From an uncultured Acidobacteriota bacterium (GTDB lineage: Bacteria > Acidobacteriota > Thermoanaerobaculia > UBA5066 > Gp7-AA6), in assembly GCA_963797495.1 (NCBI GenBank), contig CAWCPN010000002.1:2345953-2409952 (forward strand): a DNA stretch of 64,000 bases, written 5' to 3'. The position numbers and the translations under genes were made by a program. Position 1 is the stretch's first letter. Every line of letters begins with the position of its first letter. Below the pieces are notes generated by a model. The model searched no databases, was not told the origin of the DNA, and worked only from the letters and a program-made list of their open reading frames with translations. This document shows positions 1 to 14,183 of this stretch, piece by piece.

Positions 1-66
1 CGAGACGGGGATGCCCGTGCGCCGCGCCACGGCGGAGATCGACAGGCCGGCCGGCTCGGGCGCCAT
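1..66 (-). CDS. 5' end of an unidentified CDS running off the window
   Basis: ATG at 66 with GGGAG just upstream, following the DUF4845-like gene; only 22 codons visible. Confidence 0.35.
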   Translation of the reverse strand, partial: MAPEPAGLSISAVARRTGIPVS

Positions 67-87
67 GGGCTCCCCGAGAACTTTCCG

Positions 88-465
88 TTACACCGCGAAG
101 AGCGGCCGGATCACCACGGGGTCGAACTTCCAGACGTATTTGTAGGCGCCGTTGAAGAAGTCGATCGTGATCTGGTAGTGCGCTTCCACGGTGATCGACT
201 CGCGGGCCTTGGTGATCTTCAGGTTTTCCTTCTTGATGGGAAGCTTGAGCTCGTCGGCCTTCCGGAGGATCTCGAACTCGATGAACTTGACGTCCTTGAT
301 CGAACCGAACGCGGCCTGCTCCTGCATCGCATCGTAGAACTCGGAGGTGGCGATCTTGACCGGGACGACCTTCCAGAGGAGATAGCCGACGACCACCACG
401 ATGACGAGCCAGACGATGCACCCGAAGTTGGCGCCGCCGCGAATTCCTCGTCGTGACCGTGTCAT
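88..465 (-). CDS. DUF4845-like small membrane-anchored protein
   Basis: 125 aa, pilin-like N-terminal TM segment (GG..FGCIVWLVIVVVVGY); position after lepB is typical of this family. Confidence 0.6.
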   Translation of the reverse strand: MTRSRRGIRGGANFGCIVWLVIVVVVGYLLWKVVPVKIATSEFYDAMQEQAAFGSIKDVKFIEFEILRKADELKLPIKKENLKITKARESITVEAHYQITIDFFNGAYKYVWKFDPVVIRPLFAV

Positions 466-513
466 GCGTTTCCCTCCGGACTGGACTGTGCCGATTCTAA
501 CCCGGCTCGGCGG

Positions 514-1233
514 CTAACGGACGGGGAGAAACGCCCGGTCCCAGCGCATCCGTGCGAACGCGTCGCGGATCGAAGCGAGCAGCGTCCGCGTCGGCGCGTC
601 GGGCGGCCGCGGCGCGAGCGACCAGTACACGAGAAGCGCGCGTCCGACCAGGTGGCCCGCGGGCACCGGCCCCCACGACCGGCTGTCGCTCGAGTCGTCG
701 CGGTTGTCTCCCATGACGAAGTAGGCGCCGTCGGGCACGCGCACGGGGGCGAGCTGGTCCCGGCGGCGGCGTGCTTCGGGAACCGCCGCTTCGTCGGGCC
801 AGATGCGGTCGTCGGCGTGGAAGACGTACCGCTCCGCGAGCGGTCGGCCGTCGACCGTGACGACCTTGTCGCGGATCGCGACGGTCTCGCCCGGAAGGCC
901 CACGACGCGCTTGATGAAGTCGCGGCGCGGGTCGTCGGGAAACCGGAAGACGACGACGTCGCCCCGCCGGACGGGCCGCGATGGAAGGAATGGCGCCCAC
1001 GATCCGGCGAGCGGAGCGTAGAGAAACTTGTTGACGAGGAGCCGGTCGCCGGTCAGCACGTTCTTCTCCATCGATCGGCTGGGCACGGCAAACGCCTGGA
1101 AGAGAAACGTGCGGGCGAACAGGGCGAAGATCACGGCGGCGACGAACGGATCGAACCGCTCGCGCAGCGGCCGGCCGGAGGCCGGCGGCGCGGCGCCGCC
1201 GCGCCCGTCACCGGAGACGGGATGGGGCGGCAC
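514..1233 (-). CDS. lepB: Signal peptidase I, second copy
   Basis: PSRSME (catalytic Ser), FIKRVVG (catalytic Lys), GDNRDDSSDSR; start approximate. Confidence 0.9.
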   Translation of the reverse strand: MPPHPVSGDGRGGAAPPASGRPLRERFDPFVAAVIFALFARTFLFQAFAVPSRSMEKNVLTGDRLLVNKFLYAPLAGSWAPFLPSRPVRRGDVVVFRFPDDPRRDFIKRVVGLPGETVAIRDKVVTVDGRPLAERYVFHADDRIWPDEAAVPEARRRRDQLAPVRVPDGAYFVMGDNRDDSSDSRSWGPVPAGHLVGRALLVYWSLAPRPPDAPTRTLLASIRDAFARMRWDRAFLPVR

Positions 1234-1281
1234 GGCGGGGAGCGGGCCGGAGGGCTCCCGGCCCGGCGGGCGTGCGGGGCA

Positions 1282-2030
1282 CTACCGGACCACGGTGAAC
1301 ATCCGGTCCCATCGGGTCCGGGAGAAGAAGTGGACGGCGACGTCGGCGAGTTGTCGGATCTTGGCGACCGGCCCCTTCCAGATGTGGGAGTTCGGCTCGG
1401 CCTCGTACGACCAGTAGAGCATCGACGGACGGCCGAAGATGTTGGCGCGCGGGATCGCGCCCCAGTAGCGCGAGTCGAGCGAGTTGTCGCGATTGTCGCC
1501 CATCCCGAAGAAGGAGTCGGGCGGGACCGTGAACGGGCCGAACTGATCGCGCCGGCGCGCCATGTCCGGCACGCCCGGGCTGTCCGGGTAAGTTTCCGGA
1601 TCGATGTGCTGGATGTACGGGACGTCGTAGGGCTGTCCGTTGACGAACAGCCGCTTGTCGACGACGCGCACCGTGTCGCCGCCTTTCGCCACGGCCCGTT
1701 TGACGAGCACGTTGCCGGGGTTGACGTCGTCGCCCGGCTTCTTGAACACCACGATGTCTCCCGGCTTCACGTCGCGGTAGGGGAGGAACTTCGCCAGAGC
1801 CGGCAGGCGCGGCGCGAAGGCGAACTTGTTGACGAGCAGGTGGTCGCCGACGAGGATCGTGCGCTCCATGGATCCCGTCGGGACCTGGTAGGTCTGCACC
1901 ACGAACGTGCGCACGAAAAGGACGAAGATGCCGGCGACGAGCAGCGATTCGTACCACTCGCGCGCCGTCGAGTGTTTCCGTTCGGCGCCTTCCTCGGCGC
2001 CGGGTCCGGTGGCGGGGGACGGTCGGTTTT

Positions 2031-2034
<4 letters not shown>
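1282..2034 (-). CDS. lepB: Signal peptidase I
   Basis: [21 protein letters not shown]; ATG overlaps lepA stop (ATGA at 2031-2034). Confidence 0.93.
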
Positions 2035-5854
<3,820 letters not shown>

Positions 5855-5860
5855 AGCGCC

Positions 5861-5866
5861 ATTATA
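5861..5866 (-). promoter_or_regulatory. Consensus -10 box of a leaderless TA promoter
   Basis: Exact TATAAT 6 nt upstream of antitoxin ATG, no Shine-Dalgarno. Confidence 0.7.
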
Positions 5867-5898
5867 GCCATGATCGCGAGAACCGCTCTCCGGACCGG

Positions 5899-6949
5899 CT
5901 ACCCTCGCTCCCGGACGGCATCCTGGAGGCTCGGTTCGTAGGGCGCCCGGCAGACGCCCCGGTCCGTCACGATCGCGGAGACGTAACGCGCCGGTGTGAC
6001 GTCGAAGGCAACGTAGCTCGCGGAAACGCCCGCCGGCGCGATGGTCTGGCCGGCGAAGGAGAGGACTTCGCCGCCGGGCCTCTCCTCGATCGGGATCGCG
6101 GCGCCGTCGGGACACGCGAGGTCGATCGTCGTCGTGGGAGCGGCCACGTAGAACGGAACGCCGTTCTCCTTCGCGAGCACCGCCAGCGAATACGTGCCGA
6201 TCTTGTTCGCGACATCGCCGTTGGCCGCGATCCGGTCGGCGCCGACGACGACGGCCTCGATGTCGCCCCGCGAGAGGAAGTGACCCGCCATGCTGTCAGT
6301 CACGATCTCGACCGGGATCGCGTCGCGCGAGAGCTCCCAGGCCGTCAGTCGTGCGCCCTGGAGATACGGGCGCGTCTCGCACGCCATCACGCGGATCGGC
6401 TTGCCCGCTTCGATTGCGCCGCGGATCACGCCGAGCGCGGTCCCGTATCCGGCCGTGGCCAGGGCGCCCGCGTTGCAGTGCGTCAGGACCGGCCGCTCGC
6501 CCGTCAGCAGCTCGCGGCCGAAGCGCCCGATGCGCAGGCAGGCCTCGATGTCCTCGGCGGCGATCGCGTCGGCCTCGGCGACGAGCGTCTCCTCGATCGC
6601 CTCCGTCGGGCGGCCGGCGACGGCGGCAAACGCCCGCTCCATGCGGTCCAGGGCCGCGAACAGATTGACCGCCGTCGGCCGCGTGGAGGCGAGCAGGCGC
6701 CTTGCCGTCTGGAAGCGTTCGGCCGCCGGGGTCGTCGTGCCGCTGCGCATCGAGAAGGCGGCGCCGTAGCCGGCGGCCACGCCGATCGCCGGAGCGCCGC
6801 GCACGGCCATGTCCCGGATCGCGAGGCGCGATTTCGGGCGCCGTCTCGAGCGAGAGCCAGACCTCGGTCCCCGGGAGGAGCCGCTGGTCGAGCAGCGCGA
6901 GTCGCCGGCCGTCGCGGTAGAGGGGGCGCAGGATCCGCCGGGCGGTCAC
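5899..6949 (-). CDS. mtnA: Methylthioribose-1-phosphate isomerase (apparent frameshift near 6826)
   Basis: [53 protein letters not shown]. Confidence 0.93.
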
Positions 6950-8633
6950 CGGACCTCCCGGACCACGAGGGCCGCGCCGCGGCCCCGTGGGTCGGCGACC
7001 GCGTGGAGCGTTCCGTCGGGCTCGACGGCGATCGCGTGGACGCAGCCGATGGCATCGCGCTCGCGAACTTCGTGCCCCATCTTCCGGAGCGCCTCGATCC
7101 AGGACGCGTCGAAGCGACCCCGCTCGATCTGGATCGCGTCCGGGAAGTCCTGCTGGTGGAAGCGGGGTGCCGCGACCGCCGTGTCGAGCGGCTCTCCGCG
7201 CAGGACGCGATGGAGAAGCACCTGAAGGTTCGTCGTCGGAATCGTCGAGCCTCCCGGACTGCCCCACACGAGAACGACCCGGCCGGCCACGCTCGCGATC
7301 GAGGGGCACATCGACGAGAGCATGCGCTTGCCCGGTGCGACGGCGTTGGACTCGCCCTGCACGAGGCCGTAGATGTTGGGTTTCCCGGGCCGGGTGGCGA
7401 AGTCGTCCATCTCGTTGTTCCAGAGGAAGCCGAGCCCCGGCGCGACGCGCGCGTTGCCGAACAGGTCGTTGAGCGTGGTCGTCACGGAAACCGCCATGCC
7501 GTCGTCGTCGATCACCGAGAAGTGCGTCGTCGTGGGCTTCTCGCCGGGCAGCGTCGGCAGGTCGGCGATCGGCGTGGAGCGATCCGGGCGGATCGTCGCG
7601 ACCAGAGCCTTGAGGCGCGTGGGGTCGGTGAAGAGCTTCGCGTCGAACGGCGTGAAGGCGGGGTCTCCCAGCCAGCGATTGCGGTCGTGGTACGCGCGCT
7701 TCTCGATCTCGGCGAGCCAGTGCGCGGAGTCGGGCCCCACCGGCCGGATGCGGGCGGTTCCCGCGATCTGCGCCATCAGCGCCATCTCGGCGAGCACGGG
7801 CCCGGAGGACGGCGCCGGCGTCGTCACGACCTCGACGTCCTGAAAGGCGAAGCGCACGGGCCGGCGCACCTGGGCCTGGTAGCGCGCGAGGTCGCCGCGG
7901 GTGATGAGCCCGCCGGCGCGTTTCTGGCCGTCCTCGATCTCGCGCGCGACCCGGCCCCGGTAGAAGCCGTCCTCCCCGAGGTCGCGGATCGCCTCGAGCG
8001 TGCGCGCGAGATCCGGCTGGCGAAACACGGTTCCCGGGGCGGGGGGGCGCCACCGGGCAGAAAGATCCGTGCCGCCGGCGGATCGGCGGAGAGCCGCTTG
8101 CGGTCCTGGGCGATCGACTCGGAGATCGCCTCCGTCATGACGAATCCGTCCCGAGCGAGCCGGACGGCCGGCTCGACCACCGCCTTCCATGGCAATCTGC
8201 CCGCGCGGCGGTGGGCGAGGGCCAGTCCGGCGACCGAGCCCGGGACACCGGACGCCAGCGGCCCCTCGAGCGACGAAGGCGGCGGGACGCCGGCCCGGGG
8301 AGCGGCGTAGAGGTCGTGCCGCGCGGCGCGCGGCGCCGTCTCGCGGAAGTCGATGGTCAGGACCTTGCCGCGCGCGTCGCGCGAAGTCCAGAAGCCCCCG
8401 CCGCCCAGATTGCCGGCGGCCGGCCAGGTCACGGCGAGAGCGAAAGCGACGGCCACGGCGGCATCCGCGGCGTTGCCGCCCGCTTCCAGGATCCGGATGC
8501 CGACGGCGGCCGCGTTGCCTTCGGCGGCCGCCACGGCGCCGCCGGCGCCGCGCGCGGACATCGGAAAGGACGCCGCGGCGGCCGCCGCCGCCCAGAGCCC
8601 GATCGCCAACGCGGCGGCGAGGCGCCTTTTCAC
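6946..8633 (-). CDS. ggt: Gamma-glutamyltransferase (apparent frameshift in G-run near 8045)
   Basis: Signal peptide, GGNAADAA, GNLGGGGF, DFRETAP, TTHFS autocleavage Thr, NNEMDDF, RMLSSM. Confidence 0.93.
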
Positions 8634-8638
8634 TGCGC

Positions 8639-8645
8639 TATTCTA
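8639..8645. promoter_or_regulatory. Overlapping bidirectional -10 boxes for ggt and pgk
   Basis: TATTCTA reads TATTCT (+) and TAGAAT (-) in a 20-bp gap between divergent start codons. Confidence 0.6.
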
Positions 8646-8653
8646 CCGGCCCG

Positions 8654-9823
8654 ATGAAGTCCGTTCGCGATCTCCCTCTGTCGGGCCGGAAGGTCTTCCT
8701 GCGCGTCGATTTCAACGTTCCGCTCGACGGCGGCCGGGTCTCGGACGACACCCGGATCGTGGAAACGCTGGCGACGGTCCGCCTGGCGCGCGAACGCGGG
8801 GCCCGCCTGATCTGCGCCTCCCATCTCGGAAAGCCAAAGGGCAGGCCCAGGCCGGAGCTGTCCCTGGCTCCCGTCGCCGTGCGGTTCGCCGAGAAGCTCG
8901 GGAGCCCCGTGCGCTTCGTCGAGGACTGCGTCGGTCCCGAAGCCGCGCGCGCGGCCGATGCGCTCGCCGACGGCGAGGTCCTGCTGCTGGAGAACCTGAG
9001 GTTCCATGCCGGTGAGGAGGCGAACGACCCCGCGTTTGCCGGGGCGCTGGCCGCCCTGGCCGAGGTCTACGTGGACGACGCCTTCGGCGCGGCGCACCGC
9101 GCGCATGCCTCCGTCGTGGGAGTTCCTGGAATCCTGAAGGACAAGGGCGCCGGGCTGTTGCTCGAAAAGGAAGTCCGGGAGCTCTCGCGACTGCTCGAGC
9201 CGCAGCGGCCCTTCGCGGCGATCCTCGGCGGCGCCAAGATCTCGGGCAAGATCGACACGCTCCGCGTGCTGGCGCGCCGGGCGGACTTGCTCCTGGTGGG
9301 GGGAGGCATGGCCAACCACTTCGTGCGGGCGCTCGGCCTTCCGGTCGGAAAGTCGCTCCTCGAGGAGGACAAGGTCGGGCTCGCGCGCGAGATCCTCGAC
9401 TTCTGCAAGGAGGCGGGGAAGACGATCGCCCTCCCGTCCGACTTCGTCGTCGCGAAGTCGCCGGACGACGGCGCGGGGGCCCGGACGGTGTCCATTCAGA
9501 AGATTCCGGACGACGCGATGGCGCTCGATGTGGGTCCGAAGACCCTCGAGCAGTTCGCGCGCCTTCTGGCGCCGGCGAAGACGATCTTCTGGAACGGCCC
9601 GATGGGCGTCTTCGAAAAGCCGCCGTTCGACCGGGGAACCCGCGCGCTGGCCGAGTTGATCGCCGGCGCGAAGGCCGTGACGGTCGTCGGCGGAGGCGAA
9701 AGCGTGCAGGCCGCGCACGAGGCCGGCGTGGCCGACCGCTTCACCCACGTGTCGACTGGCGGCGGCGCCTCGCTCGAGTTCCTCGCGGAGGGGACGCTGC
9801 CGGGAATCGAGGCGCTGGGTTGA
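8654..9823 (+). CDS. pgk: Phosphoglycerate kinase
   Basis: RVDFNVP, SHLGKP, LLENLRF, WNGPMGVFE, HVSTGGGASLE. Confidence 0.97.
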   Translation: MKSVRDLPLSGRKVFLRVDFNVPLDGGRVSDDTRIVETLATVRLARERGARLICASHLGKPKGRPRPELSLAPVAVRFAEKLGSPVRFVEDCVGPEAARAADALADGEVLLLENLRFHAGEEANDPAFAGALAALAEVYVDDAFGAAHRAHASVVGVPGILKDKGAGLLLEKEVRELSRLLEPQRPFAAILGGAKISGKIDTLRVLARRADLLLVGGGMANHFVRALGLPVGKSLLEEDKVGLAREILDFCKEAGKTIALPSDFVVAKSPDDGAGARTVSIQKIPDDAMALDVGPKTLEQFARLLAPAKTIFWNGPMGVFEKPPFDRGTRALAELIAGAKAVTVVGGGESVQAAHEAGVADRFTHVSTGGGASLEFLAEGTLPGIEALG

Positions 9824-9842
9824 ACCGGGTCTCGGTTTGGCC

Positions 9843-10556
9843 GTGAATCTGATCGTCGCCAACTGGAAGATGCACAAGACGCGCGCGGAGGCGGCCGCCT
9901 ACGCCCGCGAGCTCTCGGCGGAGATCGGCGGCGGTGTTCCCGGCCGCGAGCTGGTTCTCGCGCCGTCCTTCACGGCGCTGTCCGAGGCGCGGGACGAGCG
10001 TGGCCGCTGGTCGATCGCCTGCCAGAACGTGGCGGCGGAAGCCGGGGGAGCGTTTACCGGCGAAGTGTCGGCCGCCCAGGCGCGCGACGCCGGCTGCCGC
10101 TACGCCATCGTGGGACACTCGGAGCGCCGGCGGCTCTTCGGCGAGGAGGGACCGGTCCTGGCGAAGAAGCTCGCGCGGTGCCGGGAGGCCGGGCTGACGC
10201 CGATCTACTGCCTGGGCGAAACAGTCGAAGAACGGGATGCCGGCCGGACCGCCGCGACCCTGGAGCGGCAGGTCGAGACCCTTTCGTCGGATCCGCCGGA
10301 GCTGCCGCTCGTGGTGGCCTACGAGCCCGTTTGGGCGATCGGGACCGGGCGCGCGGCGGAGCCTCTCGACTGTCGCTCGGCCGGCGTCGACCTGCGTCGG
10401 CTCCTGTCCGGGCGCGCCTCGCTGCGCGTGCTGTACGGCGGATCCGTGACGCCGGCCAACGCGGCCGCCCTGGCCGCGCAAGGGGCTGTCGACGGGTTTC
10501 TGGTCGGGGGGGCGAGCCTCTCCGCCGCCGCTTTTGCCGCCATCGCCCGCGCTTGA
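9843..10556 (+). CDS. tpiA: Triosephosphate isomerase
   Basis: ANWKM, GHSERR, AYEPVWAIGTG, LYGGSV, LVGGAS. Confidence 0.96.
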   Translation: MNLIVANWKMHKTRAEAAAYARELSAEIGGGVPGRELVLAPSFTALSEARDERGRWSIACQNVAAEAGGAFTGEVSAAQARDAGCRYAIVGHSERRRLFGEEGPVLAKKLARCREAGLTPIYCLGETVEERDAGRTAATLERQVETLSSDPPELPLVVAYEPVWAIGTGRAAEPLDCRSAGVDLRRLLSGRASLRVLYGGSVTPANAAALAAQGAVDGFLVGGASLSAAAFAAIARA

Positions 10557-10605
10557 CGCCCCCGCTCCCGCCGCGTACACTTCCCGCCCTTTTCGTGGAG
10601 GTCCC

Positions 10606-10977
10606 TTGCTGTACGCGGCCCTGGTCGTCATCTACGTCGTCATCTGTTTCTTCCTGATCCTCGTCGTCCTGCTCCAGCAGGGCAAGGGCGCGGACATCGC
10701 CGGCGCGTTCGGCGGCGGCGGCAGCCAGACGGCCTTCGGCGCCCGTGGCGCGACGACGTTCCTGCACAAGCTGACGACCGGCGCTTTCATCGCGTTCATC
10801 CTGCTTTCGGTCCTGCTTTCGATCATGGAGGCGCGGCCCAGAAAGTCGGTCATCCAGACGGCGCCCGCGGCGGCCGCCCCGCAGGCTCCGGTTCCGGCGC
10901 CGGCCGCGGCGCCCGATGCCGCGGCTCCGGCCCCGGCCGCCGGCGAGCCGGCGACGCAGAGTCCCGCCAAGCCGTAA
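10606..10977 (+). CDS. secG: Preprotein translocase subunit SecG
   Basis: VLLQQGKGAD..AFGGGGSQTAFG; GGAGG before TTG; tpiA-secG-tRNA synteny. Confidence 0.95.
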   Translation: MLYAALVVIYVVICFFLILVVLLQQGKGADIAGAFGGGGSQTAFGARGATTFLHKLTTGAFIAFILLSVLLSIMEARPRKSVIQTAPAAAAPQAPVPAPAAAPDAAAPAPAAGEPATQSPAKP

Positions 10978-10990
10978 GATCGTTCCCCGT

Positions 10991-11075
<85 letters not shown>

Positions 11076-11169
11076 TTTTTCCCCTCGATCCAGCCGGTAT
11101 CTCTGAGACTCCCGGCGCCGGCACGGGCGCCCCGCGGCGTGGAGCCGTTCGTCGGCTCGGAAATCGCCC

Positions 11170-11496
11170 CTAGGGGACCGGATCCGCTCCGCCCCTGGCC
11201 CACGGATGACACCTCAGGATCCGCCCGGCCGCCAGGACAAACCCCTTCGGGTTCCCGTATCGCACGATCGCTTCACGGCCATAGGCGGAGCAGGTGGGCG
11301 TGAACCGGCAGCGGACGAGCCCGCTCGAGGCGATCGCCGGCGAGACCGAGCTTCGGTAGACGTCGATCACGGCCACGGCGGCGCGGGTGGTCCACTGCCT
11401 CTCCGGCGGGCGCAGGGCGTCCCCGACCAGGAGACCGAAGCACGCCGCCAGGATCGGCGCGGCCAGGGAGACCCGGCGCCGGGACTCGGGCTTCAG
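11170..11496 (-). CDS. yidD: Membrane protein insertion efficiency factor YidD
   Basis: [27 protein letters not shown]; start uncertain (CTG 11496 or GTG 11376). Confidence 0.85.
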   Translation of the reverse strand: MKPESRRRVSLAAPILAACFGLLVGDALRPPERQWTTRAAVAVIDVYRSSVSPAIASSGLVRCRFTPTCSAYGREAIVRYGNPKGFVLAAGRILRCHPWARGGADPVP

Positions 11497-11837
11497 CGTC
11501 CGGGGCGGTCGGCATACGCGGAGATTCCGGGGATGACGAGGCGCTGTCCGCCGAGCGCCTTGACGGTGGCGAGAACGGCGATCAGAACGTAGAGAAGGGA
11601 AGCGATCGACATGGTGACCGCGTAGACGCAGGACAGGGAAGGCACGGCGACGCCGACCAGCGTCGCCGCGACTCCGAAGCCGGCGAGGGCGGCAAACAGC
11701 GCCAGGCCGTTACGGGCGTGCCAGCGGACCTCCGGGTTGCGCCGCCCGAGCAGCAGCGGGATCAGCCCGAGGAACGCGGCATAGCAGAGAACGAGCCACC
11801 AGGATCGGCGGGGAGTCGAGGGGCCCTCGGCGCTCAT
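11493..11837 (-). CDS. DUF4870-like membrane protein
   Basis: [20 protein letters not shown], three TM segments, KALGGQR..IP. Confidence 0.7.
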   Translation of the reverse strand: MSAEGPSTPRRSWWLVLCYAAFLGLIPLLLGRRNPEVRWHARNGLALFAALAGFGVAATLVGVAVPSLSCVYAVTMSIASLLYVLIAVLATVKALGGQRLVIPGISAYADRPGR

Positions 11838-11861
11838 CCGGGCCGAGGATACAGCGGCCGG

Positions 11862-12629
11862 TTACTGGGTGCGGAGGCGGATCGTTCCGTTGACCGTCTC
11901 GCAGTGGAGCGACTCGCCGCCGCCGTTCAACTTGCCGCGGGCTTCCTTGGGGCCGAACTTCCCCTCGACCGCCATGTCGAAGTCGCCCTCGATGTGGCCG
12001 TTGACCGTCTCGAGGTCGTAGCTGACCGCCGAGGTCTTCGCGAACGCGACGTCGATCGAGCCGTTGACCGTCTCGATCCGGCTCTTGCGCAGGGGCCCGT
12101 TGAACACGACGCGCACCGAGCCGTTGACCGTGGAGGCGCTCGTCGGCCCCTCGAGGCCCGCGAGCTCGATCGACCCGTTCACGGCATCGCCCGAGAGCGT
12201 GCCGAGGAATCCCGAGGCGACGACCTTTCCGTTGCACGTTTCGAAGCGAACCTCGGTCCGGGCCGGGATCTGCAGGACGTAGTCGACGTGGGCGTTCGGT
12301 CCCCCGAAATCGAGGAAGCCGAACAGGCGCCGCCGCTTGGGATTGACGGTTTCGACGCGGATCTCGTCGCCGATCTTCTGCACGCGGATCTCCGTCAGCC
12401 GCAGCGTCTCCTCGGCGCGGGATCCCTGGGCCTTCTTGACCGCGCGCAGCTTGAAATACGGTCGATCCCAGGCGGTCGCCTCGATGTGCCCGTTGACGTT
12501 CTCGATCGAGACCCGGGCGATTCCGTCCATCGAGTAGGCCTTCTCGAAGACCTCCTCCTGGCTTCCCGCCAGGACCGGCATGGCGGCGGCGAGCAGGACG
12601 GCGGCGAGGAGAGGCTTGCGCATGTTCAT
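11862..12629 (-). CDS. DUF4097-family beta-strand repeat exported protein
   Basis: Signal peptide; repeated (E/S)TVNG(S/H/T)I units. Confidence 0.85.
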   Translation of the reverse strand: MNMRKPLLAAVLLAAAMPVLAGSQEEVFEKAYSMDGIARVSIENVNGHIEATAWDRPYFKLRAVKKAQGSRAEETLRLTEIRVQKIGDEIRVETVNPKRRRLFGFLDFGGPNAHVDYVLQIPARTEVRFETCNGKVVASGFLGTLSGDAVNGSIELAGLEGPTSASTVNGSVRVVFNGPLRKSRIETVNGSIDVAFAKTSAVSYDLETVNGHIEGDFDMAVEGKFGPKEARGKLNGGGESLHCETVNGTIRLRTQ

Positions 12630-12705
12630 CCGAATCTAAACTAACGGAAACCGGGACAAAAGGTTCATCCGTCCGTACGGACGCCGTCGGGTCGCCCCGC
12701 ATCTC

Positions 12706-13098
12706 TCACTGTGACCGAAGGATACGGATTCCCGTACGCCGGTCCGCCCGGCGGGGGGCCTCCCCGTCGGAGAGGACCGGCCAGACGTCGTAAAGGTTCC
12801 AGAGCGGCACGAGGAGCGGCAGATTCCGCCGGATCGAGCCCGGAATTCCGGGCGGGCGGCCGTCGGGCCGCCGGGCCTCGAGGGCCAGCCATCGGCGGGC
12901 CCGGCCGCCCCGTGCGTCGCGGAGCAGAAACGCCGCTATGGCGGCGAGCCCGAGGACTCCCCAGACCCACGGAGTGAGCTGGTGTCCGCCGGGGACGTAG
13001 CGCCAGAGAAGCGCCGTCAGGGCCAGCCCGGCCACGTCCGCCGCGGCGGCGCACACGAGCACGTCGAGAAAGAGCGCGAGCAGGCGGGTCCGTCGCAT
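12706..13098 (-). CDS. RDD-family membrane protein
   Basis: RLLALFLD, SIRRNL, RRADRRTG motifs. Confidence 0.65.
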   Translation of the reverse strand: MRRTRLLALFLDVLVCAAAADVAGLALTALLWRYVPGGHQLTPWVWGVLGLAAIAAFLLRDARGGRARRWLALEARRPDGRPPGIPGSIRRNLPLLVPLWNLYDVWPVLSDGEAPRRADRRTGIRILRSQ

Positions 13099-13121
13099 AT
13101 AGAGTTGAGTGCCGCGGAATT

Positions 13122-14183
13122 GTGAAGGGCGGCCATCCGATTGTGAAGCCCCAAAGCGCCGACTCGCCGCTTCTGCGTTCCCGGGGCGGTGTCCTCGCGG
13201 ACTGCCACCTGCACTTCGAGGGCTGCGTGCCGCGGAGGCAGATCGAACGCCTCGCGCGCGCGGCCGGCCATGCCTTCGCCGATCCGGCCGCCTTCGAGTC
13301 CGCGCGCGACGGCGTTCGCGACGCACAGGGATTTCTGGTCCTCTTCGCGGAAGTCTGCCGCCTCTTCCGCCGTCCCGAGGACTACGTCGGCGCGGCGCTT
13401 GCCGTGGCGGAGTCGCTCGCCTCCGACGGCGTGCGCTATGCGGAGATCTACGTTTCGCCCGAGGTGTTTCCGAGGATCGGCCTGGATGCGGCGACCTGCC
13501 TGGAGGCGATCGACGTGGGTTTCCGGGAGGCGCTCGAAGCACACGGCGTTCTCTGCCGGATTCTCCTCGACGCCGTCCGGCACTGGGGGCCGGAGTCGGC
13601 CGATCGCGTGCTCGACCTCTACGAGCGCAACCCGCTGCCCTCGATCGTCGGCTTCGGGATCGGCGGCGACGAAAGCTCGGTGCCCGCCGCGGCGTTCGGC
13701 GGCGTCTACCTGCGCGCGCGGGCCCTGAAGCTGCGCACTTCCGTGCACGCCGGCGAATGGGCCGGCCCCGAGTCCGTGCGCGACGTCCTCGACGTGCTGC
13801 GCCCGGACCGGATCGACCATGGCATCGCCGCGGCCCGAGACCCGCAGCTCATGGAGCGGCTCAAGGAGGAGGACACCATTCTCTGCGTGGCGCCGACGAG
13901 CAACCTGAGAACGGGCGCGGTTGCCAGCGCCGCGGAGCACCCGATCCGGACGCTCATCCAGGCCGGCGTGCGCGTGGCGCTCTCGGCCGACGATCCGACG
14001 CTCTTCGGGACGACGACCGCGGGCGAGTACCGGTTCGCCCGCGAGACCCTGGGACTCGACGAGAACGAGATCCGCACCCTGGCCGGCAACGCGTTTCACG
14101 CCGCGTTCTGCTCGCGCGAGGAGCGGGACGCGGGGCTCCAGGCGCTCGCCGGCGCAAGCGAATGGGGCCCCGCCCTCTCTTAG
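13122..14183 (+). CDS. add: Adenosine deaminase family protein
   Basis: HLHFEG, HAGE, RIDHG, PTSN, SADDP; start approximate. Confidence 0.88.
   Translation: MKGGHPIVKPQSADSPLLRSRGGVLADCHLHFEGCVPRRQIERLARAAGHAFADPAAFESARDGVRDAQGFLVLFAEVCRLFRRPEDYVGAALAVAESLASDGVRYAEIYVSPEVFPRIGLDAATCLEAIDVGFREALEAHGVLCRILLDAVRHWGPESADRVLDLYERNPLPSIVGFGIGGDESSVPAAAFGGVYLRARALKLRTSVHAGEWAGPESVRDVLDVLRPDRIDHGIAAARDPQLMERLKEEDTILCVAPTSNLRTGAVASAAEHPIRTLIQAGVRVALSADDPTLFGTTTAGEYRFARETLGLDENEIRTLAGNAFHAAFCSREERDAGLQALAGASEWGPALS

Noticed and set aside
10860-10977. Low-complexity GCC-rich tract
   Set aside because: Ala/Pro-rich C-terminal tail of SecG
11076-11169. Possible island integrated at tRNA-Leu
   Set aside because: No integrase, no duplicated tRNA 3' end noticed, no composition change
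11862-12500. Repeated CCGTTGACCGT motifs as a CRISPR-like array
   Set aside because: They encode the TVNG repeats of the DUF4097 protein; irregular spacing and no cas genes
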